DNA of 64,000 nt from an uncultured delta proteobacterium. GTDB taxonomy: Bacteria > Desulfobacterota > Desulfobacteria > Desulfobacterales > SG8-13. The stretch spans positions 820,938 to 884,937 of the forward strand of contig CAWKCK010000018.1 of NCBI GenBank assembly GCA_963848135.1, written 5' to 3'. The position numbers and the translations under genes were made by a program. Position 1 is the stretch's first letter. Every line of letters begins with the position of its first letter. The notes below the pieces were generated by a model. That model was given only the letters and a program-made list of their open reading frames with translations, had not been told where the DNA came from and made no database searches. Below, in pieces: positions 19,947 to 30,922 of the stretch.

Positions 19947-21635
19947 TCAATGATCTCCTGCGCTCTCAACGTAAAAATCATGTTTCCCCCCAGTTCTTAT
20001 CTTGATCACGACCAGTGTGATGTCATCCTCCGGCTCGACGCCCTGCTGAAAATTCTTTATGGATTCGATGACGACCCGCAAGATCTCTTCCGCGCTTAAA
20101 GCGTTGTTTTTTCGGATCAGATCCAGGAGCGTCTCTTTTCCAAACATTCGGCCATCACGATTGCGCGACTCCCAGATACCGTCCGTACCGATGAGAATGA
20201 CCTGACCATTCGACAGGCCGCTCATGGATTCTTCTTCATATTTCCAGGTTTCATCCACCCCGAGGGCCATTCCGGATCCGCGTAGTTCCTCGAAGATGTC
20301 CCGGTGGGGGTCGTAAAGGACAGCCGGCTCGTGGCCGGCCCGCACCCATTTGAGTGATCGTTGATCCGGATCGATCACCAGATAGAATAAGGTCATGAAC
20401 TGTCCGGAGTCTTCCACATCTTTTGACAGATGCATATTCACGTCGCCGACGACTTGGGCCGGACCTCCCGGTAAAGTGGACCGCTGCCTCATCAGCGCCC
20501 TGGCCGTTGCCATCAATAGCGCCGACGGGACACCGTGTCCGGAAACATCCCCGACAACTAATCCGATCTGGTTATCCCCGGGTTTACCGACATCCAGGAA
20601 GTCGAAATAGTCTCCGCCGGTTTGATCACAATAGATACTCTTGCCGGCAATGTCCAATCCCATTGGCTGCGGGGCACCTCGCGGCAGAAGATTCTGCTGA
20701 ACCTCGCGGGCCAGCTCCAAAGATTGGTGCATCTTTTCTCTTTCTCTCAGCCCGGCCGTCATTTCGTTAATGACGTCCCCCACATATCCGATCTCATCGT
20801 TCGATCTCACCGATACCTTGTGGTTGAGCCGTCCATTTCGCACATTCTGAAGGACTTGTATGATGTCGCCAAATGGTCGTGTCAGGTTGCTACTCACCAG
20901 AATCGTTAAGAAAATTCCCAGGGTGATAAACAAGAGCGAATTGGTATTAATGGTTATCCGCAAATGGTCGAGCATCTGAACCGGCGTATCGTGGGAATAG
21001 AAGGTTTTTTGAACGATCATTAAGAAAGCCAGGAAAGGAATCAAATTCACGGCGGCGATAAGGGCGGCCAAGCGGGTACCGATTCGGATCCTCAGCGTGC
21101 CGCGGGTGGCATAGAGACCGCCCTCTGGAAACAGCATCGGGGCAAGGCTCTTTTGAAGCCGCCATTCCAGAAAGAAGAAGGCGATGGTCGTGGTAATGAT
21201 GCCGACAAATAGGGCCCGGAAAAACACCCCCACAGCAAGTGACGGCCCGTACGGTGTCCAGTAGATAGTTGCCGTGTATACCACTGCAGCGATGACCCAG
21301 ACCACGAAATCGACAGCGATAAGGAAAAACGGTTCGTTCAGAAGCCGTTGCCTTGCGGGCTGATCGACACCCGGGTAAGCATCCCCCGCCTGATAGCACC
21401 GAGTCAGAAAGCGTCGTATCGGCAGCTCGTAAATTATCGTGACGATGAAAACAAGGGCGAAGGAAAGCGGCAGGAAAATCGAATCGACACGCCCGAACAG
21501 CGCCATGGCCTCGGGCGGCGGCGGTGATATGGACCGGTGGCTAATCGTTTCGGTAATATTGACGCCGATGATATTGGCCAAACCGTTTCCGATGAGCATC
21601 TGGTTTTTAAGGCGAAACAACCGCATCCTGGTCAT
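19947..21635 (-). CDS. Membrane HAMP plus PP2C/SpoIIE (RsbU-like) phosphatase
   Basis: TM helices, HAMP, GGDYFD, GDVSGHG, TDGIWE, DDITLVV. Confidence 0.9.
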   Translation of the reverse strand: MTRMRLFRLKNQMLIGNGLANIIGVNITETISHRSISPPPPEAMALFGRVDSIFLPLSFALVFIVTIIYELPIRRFLTRCYQAGDAYPGVDQPARQRLLNEPFFLIAVDFVVWVIAAVVYTATIYWTPYGPSLAVGVFFRALFVGIITTTIAFFFLEWRLQKSLAPMLFPEGGLYATRGTLRIRIGTRLAALIAAVNLIPFLAFLMIVQKTFYSHDTPVQMLDHLRITINTNSLLFITLGIFLTILVSSNLTRPFGDIIQVLQNVRNGRLNHKVSVRSNDEIGYVGDVINEMTAGLREREKMHQSLELAREVQQNLLPRGAPQPMGLDIAGKSIYCDQTGGDYFDFLDVGKPGDNQIGLVVGDVSGHGVPSALLMATARALMRQRSTLPGGPAQVVGDVNMHLSKDVEDSGQFMTLFYLVIDPDQRSLKWVRAGHEPAVLYDPHRDIFEELRGSGMALGVDETWKYEEESMSGLSNGQVILIGTDGIWESRNRDGRMFGKETLLDLIRKNNALSAEEILRVVIESIKNFQQGVEPEDDITLVVIKIRTGGKHDFYVESAGDH

Positions 21636-21691
21636 GCCCGCACTCTCCTATCAATTGATTGGCGTCTGGTGGAAATCAATCGCATCAGGCA

Positions 21692-22652
21692 TCAGCTGAT
21701 CCACCGCACCAGCGGCTTTTTGCGCCCGGCCGGGCGCAAGTATGTTTCATCGGGGTAACCCAAGGCAATCACCGCATAGATCGGCTCGTCCGGTGGAATC
21801 CCTAAAGTGGCCTTTATGCTGGGATCTTTCTGCATCGCAACCACAGCAAAGCCCACCAGGCAGGTCCCAAACCCCATGCTGTGGGCTCCCAAAAGCATAT
21901 TCTGGGTCGCCAGCAGCGCATCCTCCATCGGGCAGCTGGCACCCGGTAGTGAGCCGACGAGAATCGCGGTCGGAGCGCCGTGAAACAACCGATCGATACC
22001 ACCGTCCTGCCACTCGATCAAAGCATCCCGGACAGAATCGTAGTGCTCCCGGTAGTAGTCATAGAGCTCGGGTCGCCCCAGAAGCTTCAATCCACTACGC
22101 AATCAGACGATATTTGGCCATCCGGTTGAGTCTTTCGAAGAAACGACCAATGGCCGTGCCGAAACGCAAAACGGTCTGCCGGTCCGGTAGGATGGTGAAG
22201 GTCCATTTCTGGCTGTTTGTTCCCGAGGGTGCGGTAATGCCAACTTTGACAAGATCTTCAAGACTGCCTCTGTCGACGGGAGCATCGATAAAATTGCGGC
22301 ACGACCGTCGCGAACGCATCAGGCCTACAAGCTGAGCCGTGTCGAAGCGGCCAGGCGGCACCCAGCGATCACTATCGACGCGGATCGTCTCAAACATCTG
22401 AGCCCAATCATCGAGCGCCGAAACACGGATGGCAGCGGTTGGGCAGGTGGCGGCACAGTGACCGCAATGCATGCAACGCTCACCGGTAACCGCGGCACGA
22501 TCGCCGATCATTGACAAGGTTCTGTCAGGGCAGACGCGAATGCACAGTCCGCATCCGGTGCACTTCAGAGAATCAATAACTGTCGTTACCTCACGGTCAT
22601 GCATTTGTACAAGGGATTCCTTTCGCAATTCAATGATCTGCTGCAAAGCCAT
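21692..22652 (-). pseudogene. Ferredoxin-nitroreductase fusion split by a 1-bp frameshift near 22103
   Basis: 5' part: CTGCGLCIRVCP, CMHCGHCAATCP, RRSCRNF, APSGTNSQ. 3' part in another frame: FHGAP, AHSMGFGTCLVG, IALGYP. Removing one A in CTG-A-TTG-CGT restores a single ORF. Confidence 0.8.
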
Positions 22653-22774
22653 AGGAGATTAGAACCTAATTTTAGATGCTTTCTACTATTCTTATTCGCT
22701 CGCTGGCTGACAGCACGCCGCCCGTCTGGTTGACACCTGAAGCCAACCGTTTTACTATCGAGGAATCTATGGCC

Positions 22775-23233
22775 CTATCTCCGGTATTTTCCCATTAACT
22801 GCCCCTGCGTCAGAACGTGACCCTCCATGGCTTCGAGCAGCTGGGACGTTGTGGCGCCGCTCTTCAAATCAAGCAGAGTATCCAATGCAAATAGTTTGAA
22901 GAAATACCGATGGGTGCCACCGGGGGGACAGGGACCACCGTATCCAATCCTCCCCCAACTGTTGCTGCCATGGACGGCTCCGGTATCGAGAATCGTTTTT
23001 TCGGGGATACTCTCCTGTAAACCGGTCGCATCGGCCGGTATGTTATACAGCACCCAGTGGTCCCATGTCCCAACAGGCGCATCCGGATCATCGCAGATCA
23101 ATGCCAGGCTTCTGGTTCCAGATGGCACACCGGCCCAGACCAAGGGCGGAGATATGTTTTCACCATCACAGGTATAACGCTGGGGAATCATGGCACCTTC
23201 TATAAACGCTGTGCTTGTCAATTGAATGGCCAT
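22775..23233 (-). CDS. YbhB/YbcL (PEBP/Raf kinase inhibitor-like) protein
   Basis: DDPDAP, HWVLYNIP, GYGGPCPP, HRYFF; RBS AGGAGG. Confidence 0.92.
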   Translation of the reverse strand: MAIQLTSTAFIEGAMIPQRYTCDGENISPPLVWAGVPSGTRSLALICDDPDAPVGTWDHWVLYNIPADATGLQESIPEKTILDTGAVHGSNSWGRIGYGGPCPPGGTHRYFFKLFALDTLLDLKSGATTSQLLEAMEGHVLTQGQLMGKYRR

Positions 23234-23506
23234 GGCTGACCTCCTTTCAGTTAAATGGGCGCGGCAGATTGAATGCTGCTGCCACCAATGAAAACAATAT
23301 GCCGGAAAACAGGATCACGCAAACACCAGTTGCCGGTAGCTAGATATGTAATGGCTGTTGGCCGAATTTGCAAGATCCTTCGCCGACGAGGTATTAACAC
23401 GTTTTGATAGACGATAGTCACGTCCGACGGCCCGGTTATTGCCGCAAACCTTATCTAAGGTGGGATCCGTTGCCGGAGTCGAAGAACGAGAGGCGGTAGG
23501 TAAGTT

Positions 23507-24910
23507 GTGAAAAAACAGCCCCTTGGATATGTGTCACCATTTTCGATTAAGAATGTGCGGTTGTTCATTTATTTTCGGGTATTCTTCAACGCCCGATTTT
23601 ACTACCCGGTCTTCACTGTTCTGTTCCTCGATTTCGGCCTGTCCATCGAACAGTTCGCGCTTCTTAATGTCGCCTGGGCCGCGACGATCGTTCTTCTGGA
23701 GATCCCATCGGGAGCGCTGGCAGACACACTGGGCCGCAAGAATCTTCTGGTCGCTGCAGGCGCACTGATGGTGGCAGAGATGGCCCTGCTCTGCTTTGTA
23801 CCGCGGGGCAACCCGAACATTCTCTTCATTATTTTTCTGGTTAACCGCATCCTGAGCGGGGCGGCTGAAGCCGCTGCCAGTGGTGCCGACGAGGCTCTGG
23901 CCTATGATTCACTGCAGATGGAAGGCGATGTGGCCGAATGGGGTATCGTTTTAGAACGCCAGATGCGCATACAGGCGGCCGGTTTTATCGTTGCAATGAG
24001 CCTGGGTGCGGCGGTTTACGATCCGGACCTCGTCCAGAAATTTATCGACTTGGCGGGAATTGGGGGACACGTTTCTCAGGATATGACACTCAGGTTTCCG
24101 GTTCTACTGACGCTTGGAATGGCAGTATTAACGTTTTTGACTACTTTGCAAATGAAAGATGTCACCACGCGCGCTGGCGGCCAAAAAACGGGTTCTAAAA
24201 GTAGCAGTATCCACACGGCTATCAGGGCCTTCAAGCTTACCCTTCAGGCCGGTACCTGGATTTTGAAAACGCCGGTCGCGCTGTTTATCATTCTTGTCGG
24301 TCTGGTTTTCGACAGCTGTCTGCGCATGGCGGTTACCCTGGCAAGTCAGTATTATCGGCTCATCCAACTTCCGGAAGCGACATTCGGTCTGATCGGTTCA
24401 GCCATCGCTGTCGTCGGGCTTTTTGTCCCGCGATTAGCGCGTGCCATGGTAAACAATCGCTCGCCGGAATTCAATCTGGTGGTCATGACGGTTCTGGCCG
24501 TCTGTGGCTTGGCCGGTATGACCCTGTTCTTACCACGGATAGGAATCATTCCGGTGGTACTGATAGCCGCCGCCATGTACATGCTGCGATTCTTTCAAAG
24601 CCATTACCTGAACCAGATCACCTCTTCGGCACAACGGGCGACAGTGCTCAGTTTCAAAGGCCTGTCCATGAACCTGGCCTATGGTATCGTGGGAATATTG
24701 TACTCCCTGCTGGTTGCCTATCTGCGCGCCAATGTGAGCGGCTCCGACGCACTGGCGCAAGAATTAACCGCTGAAGCCATTGAGAACATGGTGTTTGTCA
24801 AGGCAATGGGTTGGTTCCCCTGGTACTTCAGCCTTACTGTTGCAGTCGTGATGGTATATGGCGTTTGGCAACGTAATGCCCGCAAAAAAAGTCAGAGAAG
24901 ATCCAGATAA
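23507..24910 (+). CDS. MFS transporter
   Basis: EIPSGALADTLGRK motif and about 12 hydrophobic segments. Confidence 0.88.
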   Translation: MKKQPLGYVSPFSIKNVRLFIYFRVFFNARFYYPVFTVLFLDFGLSIEQFALLNVAWAATIVLLEIPSGALADTLGRKNLLVAAGALMVAEMALLCFVPRGNPNILFIIFLVNRILSGAAEAAASGADEALAYDSLQMEGDVAEWGIVLERQMRIQAAGFIVAMSLGAAVYDPDLVQKFIDLAGIGGHVSQDMTLRFPVLLTLGMAVLTFLTTLQMKDVTTRAGGQKTGSKSSSIHTAIRAFKLTLQAGTWILKTPVALFIILVGLVFDSCLRMAVTLASQYYRLIQLPEATFGLIGSAIAVVGLFVPRLARAMVNNRSPEFNLVVMTVLAVCGLAGMTLFLPRIGIIPVVLIAAAMYMLRFFQSHYLNQITSSAQRATVLSFKGLSMNLAYGIVGILYSLLVAYLRANVSGSDALAQELTAEAIENMVFVKAMGWFPWYFSLTVAVVMVYGVWQRNARKKSQRRSR

Positions 24911-25105
24911 ACTACTACATGTTGTACCGATTACCTCTTGACACACAATATGCCTTGGAATAGAATGCTCCAGATATCCTAGCTGGACAATATGACTCCT
25001 CATTTTTTTACCGTCATTAATCGACCACGACAGATACCTGGTCTTCTATCCAGATTAGCGGGTATCGTCGGTCGGACGCTTATCAACCACAGGGGAACGT
25101 TTAAA

Positions 25106-25726
25106 ATGGGTAATCGTTATTTCGACAGTGACTCGGAGAAAATACCAGACGAAGAGTATCTGGAGGAAGAGGGATATCAAGCCCTGAAAGAAAAAAAACC
25201 ACTGCCCCGGGGATGGTTCATTCTCCCCGTTCTGTTGGTGGGAATTGTGATCGTGGTAATGATGGCGATATGGTTCAGGGGCACCCCCCAAAACCCTCAG
25301 GCGGATGGGCGGATCCAGCAACTCGAAGACCGAATCGTGACGTTGGAAAAGCGACTGGCGGAACTCAATAGCGTTGAAGAAAGGCTGAACGCTCTAGAAA
25401 AAGACGGACAGACATACCTGCAGGCCATCGAGAGGCTCAATCGGCTGGGAACGACGGTATCAATGCAAGTGGACAATATCGCCAAGACCCTTACCGCGCA
25501 ACAAACCAAACCGCCCGCAACACAAACGCAAGCAAAAACACCCGCAAAATCCGCTGCCCCAAAGAATAAGGCCGTCTCATATACCGTTAAATCCGGTGAC
25601 ACCCTATACGGCATCAGCCGTCAATACAATTTGTCCATCGATCAGTTACGTCGGGATAATAATCTCGGTAAAACCAGTGCCATAAAACCCGGCCAGAAGC
25701 TGATCATCAAAACAGCCAGCCCATAA
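25106..25726 (+). CDS. Membrane-anchored coiled-coil protein with C-terminal LysM domain
   Basis: Single TM helix, coiled coil, YTVKSGDTLYGISRQY...IKPGQKL. Confidence 0.85.
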   Translation: MGNRYFDSDSEKIPDEEYLEEEGYQALKEKKPLPRGWFILPVLLVGIVIVVMMAIWFRGTPQNPQADGRIQQLEDRIVTLEKRLAELNSVEERLNALEKDGQTYLQAIERLNRLGTTVSMQVDNIAKTLTAQQTKPPATQTQAKTPAKSAAPKNKAVSYTVKSGDTLYGISRQYNLSIDQLRRDNNLGKTSAIKPGQKLIIKTASP

Positions 25727-25742
25727 GCGAATCAGAACGGTT

Positions 25743-25952
25743 TCAGGAAGAGCGTTTGCGGCGGTCCCTTCCACTGCGGCGCTCTCTTCGCGTCGACAGG
25801 GTAACAATGACCCCGTCCCTTATGCTTCTGCGTCGATCCACGGTATTTTTCCGACGATCCCTGATCGGCCCCTTTTTGCCGGAAACCGGCAGCGGTGAGG
25901 ATTCGGACGGATCTTTTCGAGGCGAAATCACCCTACCAAGAACGATGTGCAT
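25743..25952 (-). CDS. Small basic protein with repeated (D/E)RR motifs
   Basis: RBS GGAGGT 7 nt before ATG 25952; DRRKNTVDRR and ERRSGRDRR. Confidence 0.55.
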   Translation of the reverse strand: MHIVLGRVISPRKDPSESSPLPVSGKKGPIRDRRKNTVDRRRSIRDGVIVTLSTRRERRSGRDRRKRSS

Positions 25953-26287
25953 ATTCATCACCTCCCGCATATTCTATCGGCCGATCTACCATTTTCTTTA
26001 ATCCCTCAATGGTCATAACCGGATCATTTTCCACGACGGAAAAATTCAACCCACAACTAAACTTTTGATCGCATGGGATTTAAAGACGATCAGCCGTGGT
26101 ACCGCATGCCGAAAAGTTGACTTAAGTACCTCATTTTTGGTATCATATAGGCCAGTTAAAAAAGGTATCCAAATGGGCATAGCAGGGTGCCATCTATCGT
26201 CGGCACCGCATTGATCCGGCGCCACCAAACGATATATGGCTGGAATCAGATTCAGAACGAATTTATAATGTATTCAAGGAGGACTGC

Positions 26288-26827
26288 ATGCAAAAGAATC
26301 GATTGTCGCTGCTTTTGCTTTTCATCATAATCACTCTGCCATACTTCCTTCTGGCATGTGCCGGAAAAGACGTGACACCCGCACCGCAGGAGCACCAGCC
26401 GGCGACGGTTTCAGCGCCGCCGCCACCGCCCCCCGCGGAAAACCCTCCGGCACCGGTCGAAACCCGATACCCGGAAGGATGGGAAGCTTTCGTTAACGAA
26501 GACATTTACTTCAATAAAAACAGTGCCATCCTTCTTCCCGAAGCGCGAGATATCCTTGTCAGGAAAGCGGCCTGGATTCAAGCTCATCCGGATATTCGCA
26601 TCGTCATACAGGGGCACAGCGACGAGAAAGGATCCGCTGAATTCAACCTGACCCTGGCCGACCACAGAGCCGGAAACGTAAAGTCCTATCTGTTGGGCTA
26701 TGGTATAGCGACCGAACGCCTGGTGGTTGTCAGTTACGGCAGTGAGAGCCCGGCTACCATCAGCATGGGAGAAATTGACAGCGCCAAAAATCGACGCGTC
26801 CATTTTTCCATTGATGTTATCGATTGA
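26288..26827 (+). CDS. OmpA/Pal-family peptidoglycan-associated lipoprotein
   Basis: Lipobox LLAC, Pro-rich linker, GHSDEKG, SYGSESP, NRRV. Confidence 0.88.
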   Translation: MQKNRLSLLLLFIIITLPYFLLACAGKDVTPAPQEHQPATVSAPPPPPPAENPPAPVETRYPEGWEAFVNEDIYFNKNSAILLPEARDILVRKAAWIQAHPDIRIVIQGHSDEKGSAEFNLTLADHRAGNVKSYLLGYGIATERLVVVSYGSESPATISMGEIDSAKNRRVHFSIDVID

Positions 26828-26854
26828 TTCGGCCTGAAAGACATTTTATTGAAT

Positions 26855-27049
26855 TAGAAGCTATCTCAAAAATCGGGGTTATCGGTCGAGATCAAGGCGA
26901 GGCCGAGGATCCCCGCTGCGCGGGATTTTCCATCCGATCCAACACAGCATGTGGGTCATAATCCGCAGGCATACTCAAGTATGTCGGGGACTTGAGACGA
27001 GGTTTCAACGCCGATATCCTGCGAAAAGACTTTTTTGAGACAGCTTCTA
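26855..27049. mobile_element. MITE-like non-coding element (195 bp)
   Basis: Terminal inverted repeats TAGAAGCTATCTCAAAAA (26855-26872) and TTTTTGAGACAGCTTCTA (27032-27049), 17/18 match, TA at both ends; internal hairpin GGCATAC-TCAA-GTATGTC; no transposase. Confidence 0.75.
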
Positions 27050-27459
27050 GTAAAATACCTTCACCGGTATCGTTCCCTTGCTCGCCCGTATACGGCAACG
27101 AGGCAATTGACTATCCATGGCCAGTTTAATTCGGCGGTAATGTACGCCCCCGAAAAACCGGCTAACCCTTCTTTCGATCTTTCTGCGGCTGATTTCTGTT
27201 TTACGGGTCTACCTTCTCCCCCCACCTGTTTTTTGATTTGACTCCAAGCTGTAATTTTAATAAGTAGCGAAAACACGAAAACATAATCGTCCCCCAACCC
27301 TCGCATGCCTTTTGATCATCGTCGTTTCAGTGGCAGTTACCCATCTATCGGCAATCGATCCCAAAGAGTTGCGCCAACAGAAAAAAACGGGGATGAAGAC
27401 TTTCATCAATTTCCCGGCATCGCCGGTCGAATTCAAAGAAAAATCGCTTGGCATTCGCT

Positions 27460-29376
27460 ATGAAACATTTGTTTACTCCTTTTACGATTAAAAACATCAC
27501 TCTTCAAAACAGGATCGTTCTGCCCCCCTTGGCCTCTTTTCTCCTCGGAAATGGCGGGACGATCACCGCACGAACCATTGAGCACTACCGTCGCCGTGCC
27601 GCAGGTGGGCCGGCCATGGTTATCATGGAAGCCTGCGCCGTTTCTCCAGAAGGTATTGTCTCTAAAAACCAGGCCCGTATTGACGATGATCGAATTGTTG
27701 AGGGGCTTTCAAAGATCACTGCCGCGCTGAAGTCTGAGGGTGTAATACCAGCGCTTCAGATCCACCATGCCGGCCGCCAGACCTCACCCAAAGTTATCAA
27801 TTGCCGGCCCCTGGCGCCATCTCCCCTATCTAGCCCGTATATAACGGGAGAGGTTGAACCGCTGAGTGTCGATCAAATTCAGGAACTCGTCCACCGTTTC
27901 GCCGAGGCCGCTGTCAGAGGCCAACAGGCCGGTTTTGAACTTCTCGAAATTCACGGGGCCCACGGGTATCTGATCAATCAGTTTCTTTCCAGGTATTCGA
28001 ATATCAGAGAGGACGCCTATGGTGGTGACACAGCTGGTCGAACCCGGTTTGCCAGCGAAATCATTGTGGAAATAAGAAAGCGCTTGGGTCCGGACTACCC
28101 GATATCTTTCAAGATCAGTGCCCAGGAATTCGTACCGGATGGGTTGACCGTTGAAGAAAGCATAGCCATATTATCGATTCTGGTCGGTGCCGGTATTGAT
28201 GTCGTTCAGGTATCCGCTGGTAACGACTTGACCCCCGAATGGATCTGCCAGCCGATGTTTATGAAAAAAGCGTGTCTGGCCGAATCTGCAGCCACAATTA
28301 AAAGCGCACTCGATATCCCGGTAATGACGGTCGGCAGGATCAATGACCCCTGGACAGCCGATGCGATCCTCGCCAAGGGTATGGCGGATCTGGTTTGCAT
28401 CGGCCGCGGCCTGATGGCCGATCCAGAAATGCCGATCAAAGCCAAACAAGGCCGATTCGACGAAATCCGGACATGCATCGCCTGCAATACCTGTATGCAG
28501 TCGATATTTCGCTACGGTCGATTGGAATGCCTTGTCAATCCGTCACTGGGACGCGAACAGGAAATGCAGATCCTCCCGGCCGAGGTGCCCAAGAAGGTCA
28601 TGGTTATCGGTGGCGGACCGGGGGGATTGAACGCCGCCTGGGTGGCAGCCAAACGCGGCCACGACGTTCATCTATATGAAAGGCAACCGTTTCTTGGCGG
28701 CCAGCTGGTGCCGGGCAGCCGGACCGATTATAAAAGGGAGATGCAGAGTCTGATCAACTTCCAAAAAAAACAGGTTGAACTCAATGGCGTCAGCTGTCAC
28801 CTGGGACAAACCGCCACCGCAGAAACCGTGCTGAAGGTCAATCCGGATATAGTCATTTTGGCCACCGGTTCCAAACCGATGCTTCCCTCGGTAACCGGCA
28901 TCGATAGTGAATCCGTTACGACGTTTGACGTCGTCCTAAACGGAATGCACCAGGATATTCGGCCAACAGTCGTTATCGGTGGCGGCGCAACCGGATGTGA
29001 AGTAGCCTACCATCTTTCCGCCACCGGATCCCCCGTCCTCATCGTTGAAGTGATGCCCAAAATCGGCGGTGATCTCGAGGCCATAACCAAGAAAATCCTG
29101 ATCCGCAAACTCAAGGAAAACAACGTCAGGATTTTAACGGAACACCGCCTGGCGCGGGTGGAAAACGACACCGTGGTGGTTATCGGGCCGGATAAGATCG
29201 AGAAGAAACTCGCGGCGGGTCGTGTGGTCGTGGCAATCGGAATACAACCTGATGATACGATCCATAAAAAAATCCGCGACCTCGGATATGAAACCCATGT
29301 TATCGGCGACTGCCTCAAACCCCGTTCTGCCAAAACGGCCATATACGAGGGTGCCAAACTCGGCCTGACGATTTAG
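27460..29376 (+). CDS. NADH:flavin oxidoreductase (old yellow enzyme / 2,4-dienoyl-CoA reductase family) with Fe-S cluster
   Basis: EIHGAHGYLINQF, CIACNTC...CLVNP, VIGGGPGG and VIGGGATG. Confidence 0.9.
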   Translation: MKHLFTPFTIKNITLQNRIVLPPLASFLLGNGGTITARTIEHYRRRAAGGPAMVIMEACAVSPEGIVSKNQARIDDDRIVEGLSKITAALKSEGVIPALQIHHAGRQTSPKVINCRPLAPSPLSSPYITGEVEPLSVDQIQELVHRFAEAAVRGQQAGFELLEIHGAHGYLINQFLSRYSNIREDAYGGDTAGRTRFASEIIVEIRKRLGPDYPISFKISAQEFVPDGLTVEESIAILSILVGAGIDVVQVSAGNDLTPEWICQPMFMKKACLAESAATIKSALDIPVMTVGRINDPWTADAILAKGMADLVCIGRGLMADPEMPIKAKQGRFDEIRTCIACNTCMQSIFRYGRLECLVNPSLGREQEMQILPAEVPKKVMVIGGGPGGLNAAWVAAKRGHDVHLYERQPFLGGQLVPGSRTDYKREMQSLINFQKKQVELNGVSCHLGQTATAETVLKVNPDIVILATGSKPMLPSVTGIDSESVTTFDVVLNGMHQDIRPTVVIGGGATGCEVAYHLSATGSPVLIVEVMPKIGGDLEAITKKILIRKLKENNVRILTEHRLARVENDTVVVIGPDKIEKKLAAGRVVVAIGIQPDDTIHKKIRDLGYETHVIGDCLKPRSAKTAIYEGAKLGLTI

Positions 29377-29580
29377 TCACTGTCAATCAAAAAATCTTTT
29401 CTATCCGTCGTGAAATTCCTTTCACGAATGCGTCGCTTCGAGCTTCCCGAACAAAAAATATCGATGGAGGGCATTGAGCAGGAAAGCCGGGGACAGAGCC
29501 ACCAAATAAAAAGACCATGGACAATCGCGCAATCTCCATGGTCTTTTTCTATTCGATCACCGCTGGGGGATATTGCCCTA

Positions 29581-30759
29581 CTATCGCTTCTCCAGCGGTA
29601 CAAATGTACATTCATCCGGACCGCAGTAGGTCCCGACGTAATCCGACGCCGGCCGGTACAAGGCCGGTTTCTCCGCGGCTCCCGCATGTTGTTCTTCGAT
29701 CACGTGCGCCGTCCAGCCGGCCACACGCGATACCGCGAAAACAGGTGTGAAAAAATCGATGGGGATTCCCAAGGCGTAGTAAAGGGAGGCGCTGTAAAAA
29801 TCAACGTTCGTGAAAATATCAATCCCCTTGTGATCTTTGAAAAGCGCTTTACCCTTAGATTCGACTTCGCGTGATATTTCGTACCATTTTAGCTCACCAA
29901 TCCGGCGGCACATCGTTTCCGACATCGGCGCTAAAATTATTGCCCGCGGATCGTCAACCTTGTAAACCGCATGCCCGAGACCGAAGAGAACCTTTCCGGC
30001 AGCCAGTTGGGCTTTCACAAACTCTTCCACTCTATCTACGGACCCGATTTCCTGTAACATTTTCATCACCCGCACATTGGCACCGCCATGCAGATCGCCG
30101 GAAAGAGAGCCGACGGCAGCCCCAACTGCAGCATACATGTGCGCCCGGGTGGAGGCCACTTGCCGCGCCGAAAACGTCGACGCGTTGAAGGAATGCTCAG
30201 CATGCAGAACAAGTGCCACATCCATGAACCGGGCGGTATCATCCGCCGGTCGTTCGCCAGTCAGCATGTAAAGAAAATTGGCCGCGTGGCCCAGATCTTC
30301 GACTGGCGCAACCGGATCCAATCCCTGCCGGATCCGGCCCCAAGCCGCCAGCAGAACCGGGAACTTGGCGATAAGTCGCACGGCCATACGTTCCGATGCG
30401 GCCTTCGATTGTTCGTTGACATCCGGGTCATCGTTGGCCAGAAGCGACACTCCCGCCTGCAAGATATCCATCGCTAGCGCCTCTGCTGGTTGCGTTTTAA
30501 GGGCAGCCAGCAGCGAATCCGATATCCAGCGTTCAGAGGCCAACCGCTCTTTGAATTGCGCCAGTTCTTTTCTACCGGGCAGATGTTCATAAAGCAGCAA
30601 ATATACCACTTCTTCAAAACTGGCCCGCTCCGCCAGATCTCCCACCAAAAAACCCCGGTAAATCAAGCGGCCTTTTTTGCCGTCCACATCGCTGATACGT
30701 GTGCTGGCAACCGTTACTCCCCGCAACCCCGTATTGATAATTGTTGTGCTCTCTTCCAT
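29581..30759 (-). CDS. Citrate synthase / 2-methylcitrate synthase family
   Basis: LHAEHSFNASTF, LHGGAN, GLGHAVY..DPR, NVDFYS, SRVAGW. Confidence 0.92.
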   Translation of the reverse strand: MEESTTIINTGLRGVTVASTRISDVDGKKGRLIYRGFLVGDLAERASFEEVVYLLLYEHLPGRKELAQFKERLASERWISDSLLAALKTQPAEALAMDILQAGVSLLANDDPDVNEQSKAASERMAVRLIAKFPVLLAAWGRIRQGLDPVAPVEDLGHAANFLYMLTGERPADDTARFMDVALVLHAEHSFNASTFSARQVASTRAHMYAAVGAAVGSLSGDLHGGANVRVMKMLQEIGSVDRVEEFVKAQLAAGKVLFGLGHAVYKVDDPRAIILAPMSETMCRRIGELKWYEISREVESKGKALFKDHKGIDIFTNVDFYSASLYYALGIPIDFFTPVFAVSRVAGWTAHVIEEQHAGAAEKPALYRPASDYVGTYCGPDECTFVPLEKR

Positions 30760-30922
30760 TGGCTCACCTCACCTGAAGATTCTTCCCAGCAACGCGTTTG
30801 GTGTTGTCTCTGCCCGCAGAAACCTTTGCCTTCCACCCGTGCTGCTCTGTTGATATTGACCGGTTGCCTGTCACTCTGCGTTCAAAGGACAATAAAGCGG
30901 ATACAATCAGTGCAACCCGGAA

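Noticed and set aside
23430..23480. c-di-GMP-I riboswitch upstream of the MFS gene
   Set aside because: Only scattered words (GCAAA, CTAAGG, GTTGCC) match; the two-stem architecture could not be built.
29408..29427. Palindrome TCGTGAAA-TTCC-TTTCACGA as a Rex operator
   Set aside because: Spacer is 2 bp longer than the Rex consensus and it lies between convergent gene ends; more likely a terminator-type hairpin.
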